Positions 58,071 through 64,000 of a stretch of DNA of 64,000 bases are shown here, piece after piece; within the stretch, counting starts at the first letter, position 1, and every line of letters starts with the position of its first letter. The stretch lies in IMG/VR virus record IMGVR_UViG_3300010399_000032. The stretch is one strand, 5' to 3'. This stretch comes from a virus. The notes beneath the pieces were generated by a model. The model did no database searches and had not been told where the DNA came from. It worked only from the letters and a program-made list of their open reading frames with translations. A program made the translations under genes and the position numbers.

Positions 58071-58973
58071 TTATTCCTCGGCAAGCTTCCTAAAAGCTGC
58101 CAAATCTTCATCATCACTATCGGCAGTATTTTTAGTATCAAAAGGAACTGATATATCCTCTGATTCAGGAGATACTTCGGTTTGTGGTTCCGAATTTTCT
58201 CCCATAACAAAATTCAGGCGAGACTTTAGTTCTTCATATGATTTGAACTGATCGGGACCTGTAATAGCTTTGAGAGAATATTCTGATTTCCAAATCTTTT
58301 CAATTTCATCATCTGTACCAATTGGGGATGGTGCCATGAAAACTGAGTCATCATAATTTGGCATACCACGGATTTCACCCTTCTGGGCAATCGTCTTCAC
58401 CTTCAACTTGAAATTAGCACCAAGCCATGGATCAAACACAGGAACCGGTTCAACCGGATCAAGATCATCCTTTGGTGGCTTAATGGTATTCTGAATCTTG
58501 TCCCAAATCTTCACACCATATGAATATAGGAATACCTTTCCCTCATTTTCAGGAGCCTGTGGGTCGGCAACCACCAGAATATTGGACACATAGCTTAACT
58601 TACGCTTTTGCTTACGTGCCTGTTTACGTTCTGGAGAATCATCAACCTTACCCCTTTCCCAGAGTTTGCTATTAAACTCGGAAACAGGATCGTTCTTTTT
58701 TAGAGTTGTGAGGGAGTTTTCAATATACCACTTTCCAGTTGGTCCTTGGAAAGAGTGATGGAATAGAGGCTGCGACCAAGGCAGACCGTCTTCACCATCC
58801 ATTGGAGGAGAGGGGAGGAACCGAATAATTGCTGATGCATTACCAGCCTTATCTCGGGTAGGCTTCCAGTACCTCGTATCAGCCTGGAATTCACCTTGGT
58901 TCATCTTATCAATTTCTTTGGTGAGTCTTTCGATATCACCTGAGGTCTTTTTGAGTGCTTTAATATCGTACAT
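58071..58973 (-). CDS. 32: Single-stranded DNA-binding protein (gp32); start ATG 58973
   Basis: DTRYWKP, AIIRFLP, WYIENSLTT, KRKLSY and GANFKLK motifs; acidic tail; GGAG SD. Confidence 0.97.
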   Translation of the reverse strand: MYDIKALKKTSGDIERLTKEIDKMNQGEFQADTRYWKPTRDKAGNASAIIRFLPSPPMDGEDGLPWSQPLFHHSFQGPTGKWYIENSLTTLKKNDPVSEFNSKLWERGKVDDSPERKQARKQKRKLSYVSNILVVADPQAPENEGKVFLYSYGVKIWDKIQNTIKPPKDDLDPVEPVPVFDPWLGANFKLKVKTIAQKGEIRGMPNYDDSVFMAPSPIGTDDEIEKIWKSEYSLKAITGPDQFKSYEELKSRLNFVMGENSEPQTEVSPESEDISVPFDTKNTADSDDEDLAAFRKLAEE

Positions 58974-59024
58974 ATATATCTCCGTATCTAATCTTATCCA
59001 CAAAATTCATTGTATAGTTTGAAT

Positions 59025-59053
59025 ATATTAACACCTTATAATAGAGGTGTCAA
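59025..59053 (-). promoter_or_regulatory. sigma70-type promoter for gp32 (TTGACA-N17-TAATAT)
   Basis: Consensus -35, 17-nt spacer, with an ACACCT/AGGTGT inverted repeat overlapping it. Confidence 0.7.
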
Positions 59054-59626
59054 GTTATTTAGTAGTATTCCTTTAATTTTTTCATGGTCGTATTGAAATA
59101 ATTTTGAATATTTTTCCATCAATACAGAGGTTTCTGGCCAGAGGAAATCATTTTCAAGTCGAGCATCTAATAGTTTCTTGAAAGGAATAAAATTATTCAA
59201 AATAATTAGGGTTTCAATGGAGATATCTTTTTGGAGATACAATGTAAATATGATAGGGGATAATCCTTTAAACCATTGCCGAGGATCGGATTGCTCATTG
59301 ATCAGCTTTTGGAGTTCCTGTTCAAAATTGTATGACAGGGCTTGGATATGTTTTTGATGATTGATATAGATGGTTTTAGCATCATTTTCAAGGAGAGACA
59401 TTGACCAAATTTTAGGATTGATCAGAAGATTGGCGATAAAAAAAGCCTTCAACTCTGGAATACGGTAGGTGTTTGCTAATTTTTCAAACACATACTTGTC
59501 CTTCCGAGAGTTGAAGGTCGCCAACGAAATTTTTGCTACACCAAATTTGGTGAAGTCATATGATGTTGTTGCAAAGTGGTTCCTGAGACCCAGGAATAAT
59601 GCATATGTTTCGCGTGCTGTTAGCAT
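59036..59626 (-). CDS. 59: Helicase loader (gp59)
   Basis: Y..FL.LRNHF....YDF.KF, RKDKY.FEKL and ISIETL motifs. Confidence 0.9.
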   Translation of the reverse strand: MLTARETYALFLGLRNHFATTSYDFTKFGVAKISLATFNSRKDKYVFEKLANTYRIPELKAFFIANLLINPKIWSMSLLENDAKTIYINHQKHIQALSYNFEQELQKLINEQSDPRQWFKGLSPIIFTLYLQKDISIETLIILNNFIPFKKLLDARLENDFLWPETSVLMEKYSKLFQYDHEKIKGILLNNLTPLL

Positions 59627-59629
59627 TCA

Positions 59630-60331
59630 TCATATTGTTAGAGAATGTAAGAAAGCGTCCGGCTCCGTATCATCATCCCATTCAGAGGGATAAGACCAAC
59701 CACGAGTCTTGAATTTTTCTATCCTATATGCTGCCGGGAGGCCGATATGATTATATTCAAGATTCTTGCTCTTAATCAAATCGAAGGCGTGCTTACTGAT
59801 ATAGAAATGTTCATAATCACATGAAACCTTGCAATGTTCAAAATCAAATCCATCAATCACGTCCTTACGGCTTTTAAGATCCATTAACATGAATTGGAGA
59901 GTTCTCCCCGCATCTGTTGCGATTTCATAGATATTAATGATGTTGGGCTTTTTATTATATGACCCATCATCTTTGGGTGAGAGGATTTTTCCTTTGCTAC
60001 TTTGCCATGTTGAAAGAATGGTAGCAAATGACATGTCCGCAAATTTATAATTTCCTGCATCAAGAACAAAAATATCAATATCATTGATAGGTTCGCCATT
60101 AATGAGCGATGCAAAATATCCGCCTGCAATGAACATAGGATAGTTAGCCGCACCTTTATATCCTGCGGCATCTAAACCACTATTGATCATAGTGGTGATA
60201 TTTTTGAGTTCGGTAATACCGGTCAGTTTGGCACTATTGATTTCTGCCAATTCAACGGGGGTAAAGGAAGCTGCATTACTGCCTAGAATTTCACCAGCAG
60301 TTTGAGAATTTGTCAATTGAATTGGATCCAT
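59630..60331 (-). CDS. Nucleotidyltransferase-like protein (pol-beta / CCA-polyA head-like)
   Basis: FIAGG..ASL......DIDIF, Q.ML, FDFEHC and R..KF..RGW motifs. Confidence 0.6.
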   Translation of the reverse strand: MDPIQLTNSQTAGEILGSNAASFTPVELAEINSAKLTGITELKNITTMINSGLDAAGYKGAANYPMFIAGGYFASLINGEPINDIDIFVLDAGNYKFADMSFATILSTWQSSKGKILSPKDDGSYNKKPNIINIYEIATDAGRTLQFMLMDLKSRKDVIDGFDFEHCKVSCDYEHFYISKHAFDLIKSKNLEYNHIGLPAAYRIEKFKTRGWSYPSEWDDDTEPDAFLHSLTI

Positions 60332-60558
60332 TATATGGGTAACCGTCTAGTGGTTGTTCGGGGTAAGAAATTGAGCCTGCGTGCTTCTATTTCTAATTTT
60401 TTCTTGAGCGATGGTGAAACCAGCTTTGCGGCCATTTCAACTTCTAGCCCAGTTTTATCGCAATGTTCAATAATCGCATCCATGATAGGAATACGTTTAT
60501 CGATCACAATGGTCTCAATATGTATGGAGAATTTGTTTACTTCATCTTTGGTCGGCAT
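60331..60558 (-). CDS. 33: Late transcription coactivator (gp33)
   Basis: FS..IE, DAII..C...LE.E...KL.S.SLK.KLE.EA..LNFLP motif. Confidence 0.92.
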   Translation of the reverse strand: MPTKDEVNKFSIHIETIVIDKRIPIMDAIIEHCDKTGLEVEMAAKLVSPSLKKKLEIEARRLNFLPRTTTRRLPI

Positions 60559-60773
60559 TAGTTCGCTATCGTCATATCCGGGTCTTCCCGGGCCACTATG
60601 ATAGTGGAAACCTTATCATCCGTCAAGTAAATTGGTCGCCAGCCTTGTCGGTAAATATTATATCCTTCATCGAGTGCAGTTTGCATATTGCTATTGGCAA
60701 TTCCAACGGCTCGCATTTTGTCTCGTGCTTCGACTATAATTTCCTCGGGAATGCGATTAAGCCCACCCATCAT
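60558..60773 (-). CDS. Hypothetical protein
   Basis: GGAG SD; abuts gp33. Confidence 0.6.
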   Translation of the reverse strand: MMGGLNRIPEEIIVEARDKMRAVGIANSNMQTALDEGYNIYRQGWRPIYLTDDKVSTIIVAREDPDMTIAN

Positions 60774-60787
60774 AAACTCCTAAAAAA

Positions 60788-61118
60788 TATGCAACCGTTT
60801 CTGTTTCCAGGTAGGTTGCCCACCCATAGGATTAGGCCGCTAGGGCCATATCCTGACGAACGAAATTATCGTTTGCCTTTAGTTTGATCTTACGTTAACC
60901 CAGTTTGCACGGGATGGTCTACTTCAACCGTATTATCTTCCGGTCGATTCCTGGTTCACCCCCATCAAGAATACACAGGCAACGGCATCCCCGGCGACTA
61001 ACTCCGAATCAAGTGCCTCAGATCCAGTCACGGATAACAGGTCTGTGTATTCATGGTGGAGGTGCGGGGCATCGCATCCCCGGTCCCATGAAGTTTTTGA
61101 TTGATATCATCAACCATG
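60788..61118 (-). ncRNA. ssrA: Circularly permuted (two-piece) tmRNA; ends approximate
   Basis: Acceptor 3' strand CACCTCC-ACCA ending at 61054, preceded by a CGGGG/CCCCG T-arm. The 5' strand GGGGGTG..GGAATCGAC starts downstream at 60963 and gives a G3.U70 pair. Tag ORF GCA AAC GAT AAT...GCG GCC TAA (ANDNFVRQDMALAA) lies at 60876-60832. Confidence 0.93.
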
Positions 61119-61122
61119 GTCA

Positions 61123-61153
61123 TATTTATAGCATAAGGAACTTATAAAGTCAA
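61123..61153 (-). promoter_or_regulatory. Composite promoter for tmRNA: sigma70 TTGACT-N17-TATAAA overlapping late TATAAATA
   Basis: -35 at 61148-61153, 17-nt spacer, perfect TATAAATA at 61123-61130. Confidence 0.75.
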
Positions 61154-61591
61154 CTAAAATTTGACAACCGTACAAACTTGCCCTATTCCTGTGATATCAT
61201 CACATTGAGATTGTGCAGCATCTTGGCTAGGTTCTGGTAAAACAACCTTAAATTTGTTATTAAGTTTGACGATTTTGAGTTTAAGCACATCAAATTGGTG
61301 ATCGAGTATGACTGACATATCGGAGGCATTTTGGAGTGCAGTTTGGGCCTCGGATGCCGTATTGACTTCGGCAAACTGGGCGTAATAGGCTTGACTCGCC
61401 GGCTGACTAGGTGTTGAATTTGGCACAGTTATAGGTTGAACCGAACTAATTGGTGCTGGTTGAACCACAACCTGTTGATTCTGATGGGAAGGAACAAATA
61501 TGGTTGCAGCATAATATCCTCCCACCACAAAGGGTGAAAGGATCATCAAAATTACAAGAATGGGGAATATTTTATTAAACATTAGATGCAC
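61154..61591 (-). CDS. Membrane-anchored protein with SPOR-like C-terminal domain
   Basis: N-terminal TM helix, Pro/Gln linker, Y.AQF....A...L...FKV......AA...C..I.....C.VVK. Confidence 0.6.
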   Translation of the reverse strand: MHLMFNKIFPILVILMILSPFVVGGYYAATIFVPSHQNQQVVVQPAPISSVQPITVPNSTPSQPASQAYYAQFAEVNTASEAQTALQNASDMSVILDHQFDVLKLKIVKLNNKFKVVLPEPSQDAAQSQCDDITGIGQVCTVVKF

Positions 61592-61820
61592 CTTTTAATC
61601 CAGGAATACCACTAAACTTGATGTAAGTATGAGCATCTTCCTGGCGATATGGAACAAAATGGCTTCCATTATATCCAATTAATTGATCAGCTAAAGCTCC
61701 TCGGAGGATTGCCATAGCACCAATTGAAATTCCAGTTCTGAAGGCCCTCTTTTGAAGTTGCCATACTCCACCAATGATGGTGATGAGCAATAAAGCAATC
61801 ATCCAATAATCGAGATACAT
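61575..61820 (-). CDS. Hypothetical membrane protein
   Basis: N-terminal hydrophobic helix; GGAGG SD. Confidence 0.65.
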   Translation of the reverse strand: MYLDYWMIALLLITIIGGVWQLQKRAFRTGISIGAMAILRGALADQLIGYNGSHFVPYRQEDAHTYIKFSGIPGLKGASNV

Positions 61821-62480
61821 TTAATTTTCCTCCTGGTACTTTCTGATTTTCTCTTTGAGTGATAGGATATAATCTGAGGTATCCTTAACATATACCACAG
61901 GTTCTGGCAACTCGTCAACGTGCATGAGGATAACAATTTGTTTCATTGTAATTCCTGTCATATCTCGGTACATGATACCATATGCTGCCAACTGTTCGAA
62001 ATAATGTTGGATCCAAGCTTCCTTTTTAGCTCGAACCGAGGTTTTATGATCAATAATCGACCCGATACCATCAAATTCCGCTATTACATCTGTTCGGCCG
62101 GCCATTCCCAATTTAAGGGAATATAAGGAAGCCTCAACATGGTGTATATTATTGATCCGGTTTAATACGGGCATAAATTTGTGGAAGGCTTCTGCATTGT
62201 CTTTTGAGGTTTTGGAAAAGTCTAGCTCTTTATTTTTGAGATAACTTTCTGCCAAAGAATGGAAAGAATTGCCTCGGCTTGTGGCTTTGGAGGAGACCTT
62301 ATTGGCCTCCTCCTCTCCAACTCGATTCCGCCATCGAATGATTTTTTCCTTATCGAAATACCCTAGGACAGTGGTCACGGAAGGTAATCTACCCGCAGGG
62401 GTCAGATAAAACCGTTTACCATCTACCGTTTCGGTCTTGATATCAGGTAAAGGATGAAAATCTAGATAGGTAAATGTCAA
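61821..62480 (-). CDS. PD-(D/E)xK exonuclease (T4-like exonuclease A / Cas4-like fold)
   Basis: LPSVTTVL, W..RVG.EEA, RG..FH, AGRTD...IIDHKTS and Q..AY motifs. Confidence 0.9.
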   Translation of the reverse strand: MTFTYLDFHPLPDIKTETVDGKRFYLTPAGRLPSVTTVLGYFDKEKIIRWRNRVGEEEANKVSSKATSRGNSFHSLAESYLKNKELDFSKTSKDNAEAFHKFMPVLNRINNIHHVEASLYSLKLGMAGRTDVIAEFDGIGSIIDHKTSVRAKKEAWIQHYFEQLAAYGIMYRDMTGITMKQIVILMHVDELPEPVVYVKDTSDYILSLKEKIRKYQEEN

Positions 62481-62481
62481 A

Positions 62482-63195
62482 TCATAATCCTAATTCAGTT
62501 TTTTGGATGATATAATCTTTGACCAATCCTGATCGGACAATATCAGCCTTATCAAATTCAATATGTTCAAAGGTATTTATCTTGCGGGCAATCTTAATGA
62601 AATCGTTGATACCACTAAAATCTGTTGGTTTTGTTAAATCCGTTTGTCTATAATCACCACAAAAAATGATCCTTGAATTGTTACCCACACGAGTCATTAT
62701 GGTGTCTATTTCCTGGAAATTCATGTTTTGAGTTTCATCGACCAGGATAATCGCATCATTGAAAGTCAGACCTCGTAAGAAAGATGTAGTGGTAAATTCC
62801 ACCAATTTCTTCATCTTAAGGATATCATATCCATCTCCTCGCCCAAATAAATCATCGGCGATTTGTTTATAAGGTTCTTCGAATACCTTGGTCTTTTCCT
62901 TAGTAGAACCAGGAAGGAATCCCATATCACGGCTTTGTACTACGGAACGAATGATTATTACTTTATCATAAGGAGAATCATTAGTCAAGACATCCTTGAG
63001 AGCCAAATAAAAAGAAATGTAGGTTTTACCGGTACCTGCGTATCCGTGCAAATTTAGATGTTTTCCTGCATAATAAGCATTGAAACACTTTGCTTGGTTG
63101 GTAGTGAGAGGTATAACCTTTTTTAGTTGAAAGCGTTCATTAAGTTGAGGCTGATCACCGGATGCATTAAGTGTTTTTCTTGATACTCTTTTCAT
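62482..63195 (-). CDS. phoH: PhoH-like ATPase; start probably ATG 63195
   Basis: GYAGTGKT, GFLPG, FLRGLTF, VDETQN, TRVG, GDYRQTD and DIVRSGLVK motifs; GGAG SD. Confidence 0.95.
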   Translation of the reverse strand: MKRVSRKTLNASGDQPQLNERFQLKKVIPLTTNQAKCFNAYYAGKHLNLHGYAGTGKTYISFYLALKDVLTNDSPYDKVIIIRSVVQSRDMGFLPGSTKEKTKVFEEPYKQIADDLFGRGDGYDILKMKKLVEFTTTSFLRGLTFNDAIILVDETQNMNFQEIDTIMTRVGNNSRIIFCGDYRQTDLTKPTDFSGINDFIKIARKINTFEHIEFDKADIVRSGLVKDYIIQKTELGL

Positions 63196-63212
63196 TTTAG
63201 CTCCTGGAAATG

Positions 63213-63247
63213 AAAAAGGGCCAGTACGCTTGGCGTACCGACCCTTT
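63213..63247 (-). terminator. Terminator-like hairpin just upstream of the phoH RBS
   Basis: AAGGGTCGGTACGC-CAA-GCGTACTGGCCCTT stem followed by a T run. Confidence 0.6.
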
Positions 63248-63278
63248 CCCGTTAATATAACCTTAAATAGACTTTTCT

Positions 63279-63536
63279 TTACCATTCCCGGGGAATAGCC
63301 CACCTTCTTTCGATTGCAGGCCCGGGATGGGTTTCTTTTATACGACCTAAAACATTCTTTAAAAATTCCGTGGGAGGGCGAGTTACCCCTATACCAACTG
63401 GATCAACCACATTCGGAACCCCGATGACATATTGCATTTCTGGATGTTCTGCCAGATAATTCTCGTGGTCCTCGTTACTTAAAAATTCTGTATGTCTTTC
63501 ACCTGTTATGGTATTTTCATAAGTTTTGACGATCAT
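63279..63536 (-). CDS. Conserved small T4-like protein upstream of phoH; start ATG 63536
   Basis: TY.N..TGE.....S..D...YL..HP...VL.RIK..HPG pattern; AAGGAG SD; GATAAATA at 63557-63564. Confidence 0.75.
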   Translation of the reverse strand: MIVKTYENTITGERHTEFLSNEDHENYLAEHPEMQYVIGVPNVVDPVGIGVTRPPTEFLKNVLGRIKETHPGPAIERRWAIPREW

Positions 63537-63562
63537 AAAATACTCCTTTACGAGAGTATTTA

Positions 63563-63736
63563 TCACGCCCAGGGATTAGGCCATGGCAAAAATTGCCCAA
63601 TCCAGTGTAATGCGAAAAATCCCCAAGCACCGATATAAGCTCCAATGCCAATCGCAAGAATGATTATGATAATTAATATGATAACCGTCAAGACTGTGAA
63701 TATTACATCCCTGATATTGTTAAGTAAGTTACTCAT
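63563..63736 (-). CDS. Small membrane protein
   Basis: Long hydrophobic stretch; ATGA overlap with the upstream ORF. Confidence 0.55.
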   Translation of the reverse strand: MSNLLNNIRDVIFTVLTVIILIIIIILAIGIGAYIGAWGFFALHWIGQFLPWPNPWA

Positions 63737-63894
63737 CCGAAAAGCACCTGCCATATCCATGCCAACCCATTTGCAACTACCCCGAGGATTGCAATGCCCA
63801 TCAAGGTTGCCATAACCATAGCACCTAGATTGGCCAATGTCAGCATGAACTTGATATAGTTCTCTCGGGTCTTTTCACTGAAAATTGGGATCAT
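63733..63894 (-). CDS. Small membrane protein (53 aa); not in ORF track
   Basis: MIPIFSEKTRENYIKFMLTLANLGAMVMATLMGIAILGVVANGLAWIWQVLFG; ATGA overlaps on both sides. Confidence 0.55.
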   Translation of the reverse strand: MIPIFSEKTRENYIKFMLTLANLGAMVMATLMGIAILGVVANGLAWIWQVLFG

Positions 63895-64000
63895 AGATCG
63901 AGCCCAAGGTCTCGGAGTGAAATTGGACCTTCATTGAGCCGGTCGAAACCAGCATCAACTGCATAACCAGTCACTTCACCGGTATCAAGATTAGAACCAA
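63891..64000 (-). CDS. 3' end of a gene extending beyond the window
   Basis: Open frame ...GSNLDTGEVTGYAVDAGFDRLNEGPISLRDLGLDL*; its TGA overlaps the next ATG. Confidence 0.45.
   Translation of the reverse strand, partial: GSNLDTGEVTGYAVDAGFDRLNEGPISLRDLGLDL

Noticed and set aside
61054-61090. tRNA-like 3' end (T-arm + CCA) that could be called a tRNA-Ala or an attP fragment
   Set aside because: There is no anticodon arm upstream; its pairing partner and a tag ORF lie downstream, so it is the acceptor piece of the permuted tmRNA.
60645-61147. + strand ORFs 60645..60887 and 60905..61147
   Set aside because: Antisense to the tmRNA and an adjacent gene, no SD, no recognisable motifs.
61821-62480. 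Cas4-like nuclease as a sign of a CRISPR system
   Set aside because: It is the routine T4-like exonuclease beside phoH; no array or other cas genes are present.
168-63057. Many short ORFs in the track overlapping core genes on the opposite strand or in another frame
   Set aside because: Shadow ORFs of well-supported genes, without RBS or motifs.
63196-63303. Long N-terminal extension of phoH in the ORF track
   Set aside because: It crosses a terminator-like hairpin and overlaps the upstream gene; ATG 63195 has a good GGAG SD.
1-64000. Cyanophage assignment based on gene order
   Set aside because: No photosynthesis genes occur in this window, and the tmRNA tag (ANDNF...) and permutation fit Alphaproteobacteria better. 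The host remains an inference.

Overview
This is a 64 kb segment of a lytic T4-like myophage genome with the gene order of marine/freshwater and alphaproteobacterial T4-superfamily phages. Most genes are on the - strand: recombination (gp46/47, UvsW/Y), late sigma gp55, head (gp23-22-21-68-67-20), tail/packaging/neck (gp19-13), an accessory fibre cassette, and baseplate (DUF4815/VrlC-like, gp8-7-6-25-5.4-5-27-53-48). A + strand block (gp4-2-54-26-51 and a tape-measure-like murein hydrolase) is followed by gp32-59-33, an exonuclease and phoH. Highlights not visible in the ORF track or core annotation: (1) a circularly permuted, two-piece tmRNA gene (tag ANDNFVRQDMALAA) with overlapping sigma70 and late promoters, which points to an alphaproteobacterial host; (2) a fibre cassette of three paralogous ~43-aa-repeat (beta-propeller-like) genes holding 20 units with invariant frames and hypervariable loops, coupled to a glycosyltransferase-methyltransferase fusion; (3) a capsid-targeted ADP-ribosyltransferase with an atypical active site; (4) GTA-spike-base-like and DUF6527-like genes in the head cluster; (5) two GIY-YIG homing endonucleases flanking gp19, one with an RBS-sequestering hairpin; (6) candidate leaderless late mRNAs. 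All family assignments come from motif recognition and synteny by eye; no database search was run.
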